DNA of 64,000 nt from Patescibacteria group bacterium (GTDB taxonomy: Bacteria > Patescibacteriota > JACPGU01), in NCBI GenBank assembly GCA_041675145.1, contig JBAYUK010000001.1, forward strand, positions 312,283 through 376,282. Reading direction: 5' to 3'. The translations under genes and the position numbers were made by a program. How positions within the stretch are numbered: position 1 is the first letter of the stretch; every line of letters starts with the position of its first letter. Shown here one piece after another: positions 17,943 to 27,676 of the stretch. The notes under the pieces are model-generated. The model was not told the origin of the DNA and ran no database searches. It was given only the letters and a program-made list of their open reading frames with translations.

Positions 17943-18560
17943 GTGACACACTCAACAGATACGAAAACTGCACAAGCCAAATTAGACATCCTCCGGGCTG
18001 TTCTATCTCAACCTGCAAGTTTTCAGCCAAAGAGCGATCAGTATGCCGAGGCCGTCGGCTATCTCTTGCACTCACCTGCAGAAATCCTGACAGCCTTAAA
18101 CGGCAAACTTCCTCAGGTCGCAATTGGCTTACGCCCTGTCCTTGGTATCCATTGGCACAAAGGATACCACGACATCAAGCCCGCTCAGCGCAAGGCTCTC
18201 ACCTACACAGAACTGTGGTGCCCTTGCCCCTACAACTGGGAAAAGGACGATAAGAAAGAAGATCGCCCCCCTGTCAGCCGCGGCTGGATCGTGACAGTCA
18301 GTGAAGATGTCACCGTCGAGAACCGAGACCTCATCATCAACCAAGGCGGTAGAACTCATCGCTTCCCTGATGTTATTCAAAAAGGCTACGAACTCGGCCT
18401 TTTCCTGACACCAGGATACCAAGGCAATCTCCTGACCAGCGGCGACCCAGTTCCTCAACGGTTCTTTGCCCCACTCAACGACAAGGAACTTCGCTTCGAA
18501 ATCAGCTCTATGAAAAAAATCATGGAGCAACAGTTAGCTGAAGCGAAGGGGAAACGTTGA
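17943..18560 (+). CDS. hypothetical protein (205 aa, GTG start), GC-rich
   Basis: AAGAGG RBS 8 nt upstream. About 55% GC against a 43% background. No recognisable domain. Confidence 0.5.
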   Translation: MTHSTDTKTAQAKLDILRAVLSQPASFQPKSDQYAEAVGYLLHSPAEILTALNGKLPQVAIGLRPVLGIHWHKGYHDIKPAQRKALTYTELWCPCPYNWEKDDKKEDRPPVSRGWIVTVSEDVTVENRDLIINQGGRTHRFPDVIQKGYELGLFLTPGYQGNLLTSGDPVPQRFFAPLNDKELRFEISSMKKIMEQQLAEAKGKR

Positions 18561-19000
18561 TGCCGGGCATCCAGCGTCAATCTAAATCCCCAGACCCTGA
18601 AGTACGAGCGGCACTTGCCGCTTACCTTCGAGGCGATGGTCCTTACCCCGTCCTGACAGAGGCTCCTGCTCAAGCAGAAAGTCCGCCGAAAAAGAAACCA
18701 AACGGCCGGGAATGGCATCCGGAAATCATTCAGCTTCCCAGCGGAGCACTCCATGATTGCCCCGTACGAGCAATTCTGGAACCTGCTGTGTTGCCGATCC
18801 TGGAAGAAGCCGAGATTCCCATCAACACCCATGTGGACATGAAGGAACGATGGGTTCATGGGGTGCGCGTCGCATACGACGAAGTCATCCTGTACATCCG
18901 AGCACCTGGTCCGTCATGGAGAAAGACAAAACAACTCCTTAAAGAAGCGGGCTTTGACCCCAACTCCTGCCTCAAACGGCGTGTTTTGTCACTTCACTAA
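18560..19000 (+). CDS. hypothetical protein (~146 aa), GC-rich, translationally coupled (TGATG) to the upstream gene
   Basis: MPGIQRQSKSPDPEVRAALAAYLRGDGPYPVL... with no recognisable domain. Confidence 0.5.
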   Translation: MPGIQRQSKSPDPEVRAALAAYLRGDGPYPVLTEAPAQAESPPKKKPNGREWHPEIIQLPSGALHDCPVRAILEPAVLPILEEAEIPINTHVDMKERWVHGVRVAYDEVILYIRAPGPSWRKTKQLLKEAGFDPNSCLKRRVLSLH

Positions 19001-19043
19001 ACAACTACCCTTTGGAGGAAAGGGTTACGAACAACAAAAAAAC

Positions 19044-19072
19044 AACGGCGTCCGAAAGGACGCCGTTTTTCT
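19044..19072. terminator. bidirectional rho-independent terminator
   Basis: AACGGCGTCC, GAAA loop, GGACGCCGTT, then TTTTCT. Confidence 0.75.
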
Positions 19073-19096
19073 ATACCTTCTTTTCTTCTATTTTTT

Positions 19097-20122
19097 TTAT
19101 ACCTGCTTGCGACCAAAGTATTCGTAGGCTTTGGCTGTTGCCTTGCGCCCCCTGGGTGTTCTCTCTAGAAACCCGATCTGAAGCAAGTATGGCTCATACA
19201 TATCTTCAATGGTTTCTACATCCTCTGCTGTAGCTGCCGCTAGTGTTTCCAGTCCCACTGGTCCTCCTTTGAATTTATCTATCAAGGTAAGAAGTATTTT
19301 TTTGTCTCCCTTATCAAGTCCGAGTGAATCAATGTCCAGCATAGTAAGAGCCTCATCTACTACAGTAGCAGTTATCACTCCATCATGCCTTACATCAGCA
19401 AAGTCTCGTACGCGACGCAAAAGACGGTTTGCAATTCGGGGCGTAAAACGGGCTCTTGTTGCAAGCGATGCAGTAGCATCATCTAAAATTTTTGAGTTGA
19501 GAAGTTGCGCCGAACGATTCACGATCTGAGAAATTTCATCTTTTGTATAGAAGTCGAGATTGAAGATAGTACCGAACCGGTCTCGCAACGGCGAGCTCAT
19601 CATACCTACCTTTGTAGTAGCACCAATAATGGTAAAGGGTTGCAGTTCAATACGCATAGATCTGGCACCAGGTCCTTTTCCTATCATAATATCTATTGCA
19701 CGATCTTCCATGGCAGGATACAAGATCTCCTCCACTACTTTATTCAGACGATGAATCTCGTCAATAAAAAGCACATCGCCTGCTTCAAGACTGGTTAACA
19801 TTGAAGCCAGGTCTCCTGCTCGCTGTAAGGCAGGACCGGAAGTCACCTTAGTCTGACGACCAAGTTCGTTTCCAATAACAAAAGCCAGAGTTGTCTTTCC
19901 GATACCAGGCGGGCCATAGAGCAAGGCATGCTCAAGAGCTTCTCCTCTTTTTTTAGCCGCATCAATAAAGATCTGGAGGGACTCTTTAATCTTCCCCTGA
20001 CCTATATACTCAGAAAGTAACTGAGGGCGAAGGCTCGTATCTACCTTGTCGTCCATAGTTCTTACTGGTGAGACAAAGCGTTCCACATCTCCATCAAATT
20101 GTTCGTCTTGTTCTTCTGTCAT
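19097..20122 (-). CDS. ruvB: Holliday junction branch-migration ATPase RuvB
   Basis: [22 protein letters not shown]...LFIDEIHRL...IGATTKVG...[11 protein letters not shown] is the RuvB AAA+ signature. Confidence 0.9.
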   Translation of the reverse strand: MTEEQDEQFDGDVERFVSPVRTMDDKVDTSLRPQLLSEYIGQGKIKESLQIFIDAAKKRGEALEHALLYGPPGIGKTTLAFVIGNELGRQTKVTSGPALQRAGDLASMLTSLEAGDVLFIDEIHRLNKVVEEILYPAMEDRAIDIMIGKGPGARSMRIELQPFTIIGATTKVGMMSSPLRDRFGTIFNLDFYTKDEISQIVNRSAQLLNSKILDDATASLATRARFTPRIANRLLRRVRDFADVRHDGVITATVVDEALTMLDIDSLGLDKGDKKILLTLIDKFKGGPVGLETLAAATAEDVETIEDMYEPYLLQIGFLERTPRGRKATAKAYEYFGRKQV

Positions 20123-20215
20123 ACAAGTATTATACGGGAAGTTTACTAAATAGAAAGTGTGAGTATATTCATAATACTAAGTTACTTAGTGCTGATGTTA
20201 TTCTTTTGTTATATA

Positions 20216-20244
20216 TTGACTTATATATCTTTTAATGCTATAAA
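20216..20244 (+). promoter_or_regulatory. sigma70-like promoter (TTGACT, 17-nt spacer, TATAAA) for the SPFH gene
   Basis: Read directly from the sequence. It is followed by a perfect 8-bp inverted repeat at 20253-20272. Confidence 0.45.
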
Positions 20245-20252
20245 TAGTATCT

Positions 20253-20272
20253 GTGCTCAATATGTTGAGCAC
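20253..20272. promoter_or_regulatory. perfect inverted repeat GTGCTCAA-tatg-TTGAGCAC (candidate operator or 5'UTR hairpin)
   Basis: A 20-nt palindrome immediately downstream of the predicted -10. Confidence 0.4.
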
Positions 20273-20387
20273 CTGACCTTTCCCAGCTTAAACATCAAAA
20301 AGATAAGGAGAACTCATGAGGTAGCCTCACTGCAACTGTCGGTACACCACCCCATTTCAAATCTTCAACAGGAAGAAAGGATACCGT

Positions 20388-22415
20388 ATGAACTTCGACC
20401 TCCAAAACATTGCCTTGATTGTGATGGGCATTATCGGACTTCTGGCTCTTATTGCCATTGTCCGTGAAATGCTGGTCTATATCGGGCCAACAGAGGTTGG
20501 CTTGCTGACCAAAAACTTCGGACGCAAGAATCGCGGCGAAAACCCTATCGCCTTCAACGGCGAAGCCGGATACCAAGCAAAGCTCCTGATGCCCGGACTG
20601 CGCTTTGTGCTGTGGCCCATTTTCAGAGCCAAAAGATGTCCATGGGTGCAGATTCCAGCAGACGAGAAGGGCGTGGTCATCTCCCAGATCGGAGAACCAC
20701 TCCCCAACGGAACCCGCTCGGGCATCTATAAGCCGGCGTTTGGTCAGTTTACTGACCTGGAAGCATTCATTAATGGTGGTGGACAAAAAGGCGTGCAACG
20801 CCCTGTTCTCCCACCCGGCACTGTGCTCCCCCTTCACCCCATTGCCTTCCTAGTTGTCACCGGAGAAAAGGTCTTCGGAATTCCCACTGACCCAAACTTG
20901 GAGTCCAGACTAGAGAAAACAAGCGTGGGTTGCGAGGCTTTTGGTCTTCGTAGCAGTCAGCTCAAGGTTGACACCATTTCCTCAGTCAGAAGACAGGAAG
21001 ACAATGCTCCGGTGGACTGTATCGGGGTTGTCACCGCTCTTGACGGCGAGCCTCTTGGAACCGGCGACCTTTTCAGCCGCCTGGGAGGATTTTCCGACAT
21101 CGAAGCCTTACTCCATAAAGGAACTGGGGAACCAGACAAAATCGACAACAAAGAACTGGTTCATGCCATGATGGGCAACTCCAACGCGAAACACAACTCG
21201 TACCAAGACTTCCAGGCGTTTCTCGACAGCAAAGGTAAACGCGGACTGCAATACGATGTGCTCCTGCCAGGAGCGTATCTACTCAACCCAATCCTAGTGA
21301 GCCTCGAGGTCATCCCAATGACTGTGGTCAAGCAAGGAGAGGTGGCGGTGGTTACGGCATACGCCGGACTGCCACCCAAAGATGAGTCTGGTGAGAAGTT
21401 TAAGCACGGGTGGCTAGTTCGCCCTGGCTGCCGCGGCATTTGGATTGAGCCACTGCGCACCGGAAAATATGCGCTCAACTCCCACTGCTACTCAGTGGAG
21501 AAGGTTCCCACCGCCATCATCACCCTGAACTGGTCGGATCGCGTCAGCACAGCCCACAACTTCGACGAGAAACTGAGTCCGATTAATGTGAAGAGCAAAG
21601 AAGGCTTTGTTTTCACATTAGACCTTCAAGTGCAGATCCACATCCCAGACGCTGAGGCTCCTGGCGTCATCTCGCGCGTGGGCAGTGTCGCCAACTTGGT
21701 CGGTGAAGTACTCCAACCAGTTGTCGGAAACTACTTTCGCAACAAACTACAAGAAAAGTCGGCAGTTAAGTTCATCGAGGAACGAACCACGATCCAGGAG
21801 GAAGCGAAAAAATATGTCGAAGGTGAACTCTCCAAGTATGGCGTTCAACTGGTAGGCATCTTCGTTCAAGATGTCACCTTCCCGGAAGACTTAGTTTCAG
21901 TTCTGAAAAACCGAGAAATCGCCAACCAGCAAGTGAAAACTGAAGAGCAAAAGAAGCTAGCTGAGGATGCTCGCGCAAAGACTTTGGCAGCCAAGGGAAC
22001 AGCGGAAGCTCAAGAATCGTTATCCAGCTCCCTAGTCGGCATCCAGGTAGCCGAGAATCGCGCTAGCGCGCGCAAAAAACAAGGTGAAGGTGAAGCTGCC
22101 TATATCGAGTCCGTAGGCAAGGCCGAAGGATCAAGGGCTGAAGCACTTGGCAAGGGTCTGAAAGCCCAGTCCGAAATTCTTGGGCCTGAAAGCACGCTCA
22201 GGCTCAATGTTATCCAGGCAATGTCGGAAAAGGGCATCTCTCCCACTCCTCACATCCTGGTTATCGGAGGAAACAGCGGCACCGGCAACGGAACCCTGGA
22301 CGCCGTTCTGGCTTCCATGCTGGGCACCATACAGACCACGCCAACCACATCAGTTGCCACCAGCACTTCACAAAAAAGCCCGGTTTCAACCGAGCCGCCT
22401 CAAGCCGAGGCATAG
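20388..22415 (+). CDS. SPFH/band-7 domain protein, flotillin-like (YqiK/FloT family), 675 aa
   Basis: N-terminal TM, SPFH-like core and a C-terminal Ala/Glu/Lys-rich coiled coil (KTEEQKKLAEDARAKTLAAKGTAEAQE...). GC-rich (about 55-60%). Confidence 0.7.
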   Translation: MNFDLQNIALIVMGIIGLLALIAIVREMLVYIGPTEVGLLTKNFGRKNRGENPIAFNGEAGYQAKLLMPGLRFVLWPIFRAKRCPWVQIPADEKGVVISQIGEPLPNGTRSGIYKPAFGQFTDLEAFINGGGQKGVQRPVLPPGTVLPLHPIAFLVVTGEKVFGIPTDPNLESRLEKTSVGCEAFGLRSSQLKVDTISSVRRQEDNAPVDCIGVVTALDGEPLGTGDLFSRLGGFSDIEALLHKGTGEPDKIDNKELVHAMMGNSNAKHNSYQDFQAFLDSKGKRGLQYDVLLPGAYLLNPILVSLEVIPMTVVKQGEVAVVTAYAGLPPKDESGEKFKHGWLVRPGCRGIWIEPLRTGKYALNSHCYSVEKVPTAIITLNWSDRVSTAHNFDEKLSPINVKSKEGFVFTLDLQVQIHIPDAEAPGVISRVGSVANLVGEVLQPVVGNYFRNKLQEKSAVKFIEERTTIQEEAKKYVEGELSKYGVQLVGIFVQDVTFPEDLVSVLKNREIANQQVKTEEQKKLAEDARAKTLAAKGTAEAQESLSSSLVGIQVAENRASARKKQGEGEAAYIESVGKAEGSRAEALGKGLKAQSEILGPESTLRLNVIQAMSEKGISPTPHILVIGGNSGTGNGTLDAVLASMLGTIQTTPTTSVATSTSQKSPVSTEPPQAEA

Positions 22416-22437
22416 CACATAGCTTCACACGTACGAC

Positions 22438-22476
22438 GCCACCCTGCGCATATGCAACGGGTGGCTTTTTTTATAC
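22438..22476 (+). terminator. rho-independent terminator
   Basis: GCCACCC, loop, GGGTGGC, then TTTTTTTA. Confidence 0.7.
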
Positions 22477-22487
22477 AACACATAGAA

Positions 22488-22518
22488 AAAAACCGGGGCA
22501 ATACCCCGGCTTCCTAGA
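22488..22518 (-). terminator. rho-independent terminator for ychF (minus strand)
   Basis: The reverse complement is CCGGGGTATTGCCCCGG followed by TTTTTTT. Confidence 0.65.
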
Positions 22519-22528
22519 TCTTTTCGTA

Positions 22529-23605
22529 TTATCCGTGCTTAAAGAGCACCACATCTCCATCCTGGAAAACATAGGGTTTTCCTTCCATACGAGCCCAGCC
22601 TTTTTCTCGAGCTTTGGGAAAGCCTCCGGCCTCAATGAATTTGTCATAACTCACCACTTCTGCTGCGATAAACTTCTTTTCAAAGTCGGTGTGAATCACT
22701 CCTGCTGCTTGCGGTGCGAGTGTTCCTCGTTTAATAGTCCAGGCACGCGCTTCTTGAGGACCTACTGTTAAGTACGAAATGAGATCGAGAATTGTATATC
22801 CTCGAGCTATGACCTGCTGGAGTGGTGTCATCTGTTCAGAGGCACCAATAGCCGTCAGGTATTCGGTGCGATCTTCCTCACTCATCTGAGCTAGCTCTTT
22901 TTCTAGTGCTACACAGATCTTCACACTTCCCTCTGGCACGCCAAGCTGCGTAGGAGTCATGCTTAGTTGGTCCTCTGAGACATTGGCGATGTAGAACATT
23001 GGCTTCATAGTAATGAGCTGGGTTTCTTTGAGTAACTCTTGTTCTTTCTCATCGAGTTCAATATTGCCATGTAGATACTTTTCTTCTTCAAGAATACCTT
23101 TCATTCTTTCAAGAAGTGCTACGCGTTCCTGTGCCTCTTTCTTACCCGAGCGAGCTTCTTTTTCGTTGCGGTCAATGGCTTTAGTGACCTGTTCAAGATC
23201 AGATAAGATAAGTTCAAGAGTTATGACTCGGATATCGTCTATAGGGGAAACTTTTCCTGCTACATGGATAATATTACCGTCCTCAAAACAACGAACTACC
23301 ATCGCAATAGCGTCTACTTCTTTAATGTGAGCCAGAAACTTATTCCCTAGTCCTTCTCCTTTAGAGGCTCCTGCTACCAGTCCTGCGATATCCACAAACT
23401 TGATTGAAGCAGGAATAATCTTTTGACTGTTCTCTACCTTTGCCAGTTCAGTCAAACGATTATCTGGCACCTCGACAATACCCACATTGGGTTCAATAGT
23501 GGTAAAGGGATAGTTACTCGCTTCCGCTACGGCGTTTTTGACGAGTGCGTTAAATAATGAGGACTTTCCCACGTTAGGAAGTCCTACGATTCCAATTTGT
23601 AGCAT
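22529..23605 (-). CDS. ychF: ribosome-binding ATPase YchF
   Basis: [21 protein letters not shown]...[12 protein letters not shown]...FVDIAGLV... with a C-terminal TGS domain. Confidence 0.9.
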   Translation of the reverse strand: MLQIGIVGLPNVGKSSLFNALVKNAVAEASNYPFTTIEPNVGIVEVPDNRLTELAKVENSQKIIPASIKFVDIAGLVAGASKGEGLGNKFLAHIKEVDAIAMVVRCFEDGNIIHVAGKVSPIDDIRVITLELILSDLEQVTKAIDRNEKEARSGKKEAQERVALLERMKGILEEEKYLHGNIELDEKEQELLKETQLITMKPMFYIANVSEDQLSMTPTQLGVPEGSVKICVALEKELAQMSEEDRTEYLTAIGASEQMTPLQQVIARGYTILDLISYLTVGPQEARAWTIKRGTLAPQAAGVIHTDFEKKFIAAEVVSYDKFIEAGGFPKAREKGWARMEGKPYVFQDGDVVLFKHG

Positions 23606-23616
23606 ATAAAGAATAA

Positions 23617-24129
23617 TTAATGAGAAATAGTTGAAAACAAGAAGGCAGCACCTACTATTAGCGTGCCCATACTAGCACCAAAGGAAATTACCTTTATTAC
23701 AAACGACAATAGTAGAGCCCAACGAAAACGAATTTTACCCATACCTGCAAAGAATAGTGTGCCGATAGAGAAAATAAGCAGAGCACTGAGCAGTATCAAG
23801 AGAGGCTGTAAGCCAATAAAGTATCTATTAGCAATATATATCGACAACACAGGAAATAGCGGTGCGGTAAAAAGAGCACTTATACATGTAGCCCATAACA
23901 AACGAGGTTTATAAATTTCTTTAAACGCTTTCGGGATCACATTCACGAGTATCCACATAACAACAAGCTCCGCCAGTGTACCGCCAACAAGAAAAGATAC
24001 GGCAACAATAGGATCCCCATGAAACAATGCAAAGACATCGTATCCAAGGGCCACTAGAAGCAGCAAAGAGTTAGCAATTACAGTACGAGAAATAACCATA
24101 GTAGTGTAGACAAGAGATAATAGCACCAT
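23617..24129 (-). CDS. hypothetical polytopic membrane protein (170 aa)
   Basis: Five hydrophobic segments. No family recognised. Confidence 0.45.
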   Translation of the reverse strand: MVLLSLVYTTMVISRTVIANSLLLLVALGYDVFALFHGDPIVAVSFLVGGTLAELVVMWILVNVIPKAFKEIYKPRLLWATCISALFTAPLFPVLSIYIANRYFIGLQPLLILLSALLIFSIGTLFFAGMGKIRFRWALLLSFVIKVISFGASMGTLIVGAAFLFSTISH

Positions 24130-24216
24130 TTTATCAGAATTTTAAGCAAAATAATAGCCTACTCATCTCCTACTAGGAGACTTTCGGCTTATCTTGAATT
24201 CGAGCATGAAACAATC

Positions 24217-24822
24217 TTATGCATACCCCACAAGATGAATCTGGAGGAGACGTACGGCGAGCCGCTCTTTCACACTTCCACAGCTTGCAATCTGGTCTGT
24301 TTTTTGCAAGATCAGGTGGCGCACATGCGGATAGCGTCTCAGTGGCAGCGCAAACGAAATCAGGTTCAGCTGAGCTAAGTTCTCAGCACAGCCAGCCATT
24401 CCTTCAAAAACTACCTGTTCGCTAACACCCCTCACTTTACGCAAAAGAGCCCAATGTTGATAGGTGCTTGCGTTCACACGCATACCCTCAACGCATTTTT
24501 GCGCAAAGGGCCAATACGCCTGAGCAGCTGCCGTGCAGTGCAAAGCTCTCCACCTATCAAAGGACTGTTCTTTTTGAGGCTTTTCTTCCTCCATTAGAAT
24601 GTTGCAATAACTTTCGGGAAATGCAACAAGAGCAGTGATCTCCCAGAGATTCTTGTGTTGTAGCCACGGGATGAGCCTTGTGGCTATGAAAGGCTCCAAG
24701 CGTGCATGACTGGCCGCAATTTGTTTTGCCAATCTTTCTTGATCCAAATCTTGGACAGGAATCCTGGTGATATTAAAGAGGTTAGTTCCCTTCTTCTGTT
24801 GATACGGGGTGAAATAGAGCAT
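24217..24822 (-). CDS. hypothetical protein (201 aa)
   Basis: ORF with roughly 50% GC. No recognised motifs. Confidence 0.4.
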   Translation of the reverse strand: MLYFTPYQQKKGTNLFNITRIPVQDLDQERLAKQIAASHARLEPFIATRLIPWLQHKNLWEITALVAFPESYCNILMEEEKPQKEQSFDRWRALHCTAAAQAYWPFAQKCVEGMRVNASTYQHWALLRKVRGVSEQVVFEGMAGCAENLAQLNLISFALPLRRYPHVRHLILQKTDQIASCGSVKERLAVRLLQIHLVGYA

Positions 24823-24954
24823 AAAGCCCTCCTTTGTTTTTTAAACTGCAATGGTTCTGCTTATAATCTTACCAGAAAAAAGACAAAATAATAGCCGAAG
24901 AGTGGATGTCCTCTTCGGCATTCGAGTTTCTTGGGAAAGTTTTGCGACCTAGGG

Positions 24955-25302
24955 TCATTCGTTCTGTCCTTTATTTTCTTGTTGCAAGATGGGTTTCCAT
25001 CCGGCATAAGAAAGCGCTTTTTCAACGGAAGCCCAGTCTTCACTTGGATCAACGAAGTAGCTGACCCAGATTTGTATTCCGATCCTGTGGTTGATGGGAT
25101 CTACCCTCGGGTCAATCAGGTTACGGGTGACTTTTGCAAATAAGCTTGTGGGTAAAAACCCAGACTTATTTTCAAAGTCTCCAATACAGATCTCCATCTC
25201 CTTAGGCGGAATAAAATCCAGGGGGATAGTGTTTGTAAAAAAGCGATCCTTTTCGCCGTTTTGTTGGCATCTGAGGTTGAGCATCATCGTTCTTTGTTTC
25301 AT
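24955..25302 (-). CDS. hypothetical protein (115 aa)
   Basis: ORF downstream of the response-regulator gene on the same strand. Confidence 0.35.
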   Translation of the reverse strand: MKQRTMMLNLRCQQNGEKDRFFTNTIPLDFIPPKEMEICIGDFENKSGFLPTSLFAKVTRNLIDPRVDPINHRIGIQIWVSYFVDPSEDWASVEKALSYAGWKPILQQENKGQNE

Positions 25303-25366
25303 CGGGACTTCTCCTTAAACTTTTTTCTGTCGTATCACGGCGGTGTAGAGCTCCTCCTGGGGAGTG

Positions 25367-25794
25367 TTAGACGAGGCCCTGTTCGACGAGCCTAGAGAGA
25401 ACGAACCTGAGGTCACCGCTTCGCTTGCTCACATCGAACTCGAGCTTGAAGTTGGGGTCATTCCAGCCCGGAGAGGTTCTCCTTACTTCATACTGAAACT
25501 CAGCGAAGCCGCTTTGAGAGTTCATCAGAACAACTCCCTCGAACCCTGCTTCGCGCAGCGCCTTCCAGACATCTAGTCCGGAATACTCCTGGTCGAGGTC
25601 AGAATCCATCAGAATCAGCCCTGGGTTAAGCTCCTTAGTGAGTCGGATCGCGTCTTCTTGGGTGGCGGGCATCTCGTCGTGGAGCGTGAAACCCATTTCT
25701 TCTAATCCAGAAGAAAAGCGGAATTGATTAATGACGAGCTGTGGCCTGTCTTCAACAGCCAAGATAAGTCTACTGTTTGGGTTGGGAAGGGTCA
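25367..25794 (-). CDS. single-domain response regulator (CheY-like receiver domain only)
   Basis: Trimmed to MTLPNPNSRLILAVEDRPQLV...LILMDSDL...GLDVWKALREAGF..., the REC-domain D-D-K pattern. No output domain. No histidine kinase nearby. Confidence 0.6.
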
Positions 25795-25978
25795 TTTTCA
25801 AGCCTTTCGTCCACTTAGGACATTTTTTTGACCACAAGTGGCCTGTATATATTATACTATGCTATGAATACTATGTACATATATTTATAGTAAAAACCCT
25901 GTGTAATAAATATATAATGTAAATTTATGCATATTTGTGGTACAATACCAAGAGAAACACACAAACAGGGAGGCACTC

Positions 25979-26492
25979 TTTGGATACGGGACAACTCACA
26001 TTACTTCGCGTTGTGGTTGAACAGCCCACAACAGGAAACATCATCTCTTTAGATAGCACCAAGTTATCACTGAGCATCCGTGTTGTAAAGGAATGGGTAG
26101 ATCAGGCGGAAGCTGCTGCCGCACGCGCTGGGCAAGACCTTACCACCTCCTTTAAGCTCCACCTCCAAGAGGCGTGCAAAGACAGAAAGGAGTCTGTTGA
26201 TTTCCTTAGCCAACACCTCTTGAAGAGACCAAACAATACTCCCCCAAGACCATCTCTGAGCAGTGTAAAGTCAGTGCAACACAAAGAAGATGGCACGAGA
26301 CACACCGAGCTTACAAATAGAGATACGGTGGTTGAATGGCGCTCTCCTGAGCCACGCATTGTTGAAGAAAAAACCATTGCGATTAGCCTTGAGGAAATGG
26401 CTCTTCTTCATGAAACAGAAACACACGCACAAACCGTAAACCTCAGACCCCATACGGTCATATCTATCCTCAATCTCATTGCCAGTCCTTAA
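25979..26492 (+). CDS. hypothetical protein (~171 aa, TTG start)
   Basis: An extended -10 TGgTACAAT at about 25937-25947, then a GGGAGG RBS and a TTG start 6 nt downstream. The annotated ATG at 25935 sits inside the -10 and is unlikely to be the start. Confidence 0.4.
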
Positions 26493-26493
26493 C

Positions 26494-26525
26494 GAGACAG
26501 GTCTCTGTCTCGTCTCTTTTCACCC
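26494..26525 (+). terminator. rho-independent terminator
   Basis: GAGACAG-gtct-CTGTCTC followed by GTCTCTTTTC. Confidence 0.6.
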
Positions 26526-26727
26526 CACAATTCGTGGGGTACTTCTTTGCCCAAAACAAAATATATCCATATCTTGTATAGCAGGGGGTTCTTATAGTTC
26601 TACATGTTGATTACATGAATCTACATCTTGTACCCTATTGACTTTTTTACGGCACTTTGCTACCATATATTGTAGATAGGTTGAAGAGTGCAATACGCAC
26701 TTTTACATTTTACAGGAGGTGCTTCTT

Positions 26728-27108
26728 ATGCCAAGAACACCAACAACCCCTCCCGCTAGACGGGCTTCGTCCAATCGACCGAGAAAAGTCGATTACCGGC
26801 TTCGCAATGCCATTGCGGAGAACAACATCGTGGCAGTACGCGCTGCAATCAAGGCAGGAGCCGACCCAAATCGGCGCATGGATCTTGACTTTCAGACGCC
26901 AACCCACACTGCCGCTTCACTGGATCTACGCGACATTATGATCTGCTTGATCGCTAATGGCGCTGATCCGTACCAACAGGACAAGAGTGAATTTACTCCG
27001 TATCAGCTCGGAAATAACAAAACGAAACAAGTTATTTACGACTACTACGGACAATGCGAAACTCCTCCTATTCCCCCAGGGGCTCCCCTCGCCCTCACTG
27101 GCTCTTAA
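26728..27108 (+). CDS. small ankyrin-repeat protein (~126 aa)
   Basis: AGGAGG RBS. Two or three ANK repeats: LRNAIAENNIVAVRAAIKAGADPN and TPTHTAASLDLRDIMICLIANGADPY. Confidence 0.6.
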   Translation: MPRTPTTPPARRASSNRPRKVDYRLRNAIAENNIVAVRAAIKAGADPNRRMDLDFQTPTHTAASLDLRDIMICLIANGADPYQQDKSEFTPYQLGNNKTKQVIYDYYGQCETPPIPPGAPLALTGS

Positions 27109-27194
27109 CCGAGTCGAAAAGGCCTGTCTTCGGATAGGCCCTTTTCATATCTAAACACACTACCAATCGTGTGTTTTTTGTTTATACTTACACT

Positions 27195-27617
27195 ATGAAA
27201 CTCTTAATTAAAAAACTTCACCCTGATGCTACTATCCCTAGCTTTGCATATACCCACGATGCTGGTATGGATCTTTATGCCACTGAAGCAGTAACGCTTT
27301 CCCCTTCTGAAAAAAAGATTATCCCGACAGGCATCTCCGTTGCTCTTCCTGAGGGTTATGTCCTTCTTATTTGGGATAAGTCCGGAATTGGCATCAAACA
27401 TGGAATTAAAACCCTAGGGGGCGTAATCGATGCTGGGTTTCGCGGTGAAATTATGATCGGTATGGTTAACCTCTCAAGCGAACCATATACCTTTGAAAAA
27501 GGGCATAAAGTTGCGCAAGCGGTCATTCAAAAAATCGAACAGCCTGAGATAGAAATCGTAGAAGAACTCCCAGAATCTGACCGTGGTGAAGGCATTTTTG
27601 GCAGTAGCGGCAAGTAG
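27195..27617 (+). CDS. dut: dUTP diphosphatase
   Basis: MKLLIKKLHPDATIP...DAGMDLYA...GVIDAGFRGEIMIGMVNLS carries the dUTPase motifs. Confidence 0.85.
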   Translation: MKLLIKKLHPDATIPSFAYTHDAGMDLYATEAVTLSPSEKKIIPTGISVALPEGYVLLIWDKSGIGIKHGIKTLGGVIDAGFRGEIMIGMVNLSSEPYTFEKGHKVAQAVIQKIEQPEIEIVEELPESDRGEGIFGSSGK

Positions 27618-27676
27618 CACATAGCTTGCGAATCGTCTAATTTACGTCTATAATACGTCTATATTAATGAGACGAT

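Noticed and set aside
20159-20467. 102-aa + strand ORF upstream of the SPFH gene
   Set aside because: It lies across the predicted promoter, the palindromic operator and the RBS of the SPFH gene. It is AT-rich with low complexity and is likely spurious.
25935-25978. ATG at 25935 as the start of the 185-aa ORF
   Set aside because: That ATG lies inside an extended -10 element (TGgTACAAT). A GGGAGG RBS followed by an in-frame TTG at about 25979 is a more credible start.
26719-27108. Exact start coordinate of the ankyrin gene
   Set aside because: My manual base count and the ORF-track frame disagree by 1 nt over this stretch. The track frame was adopted, with the ATG at about 26728. Coordinates of refined starts in general may be off by 1.
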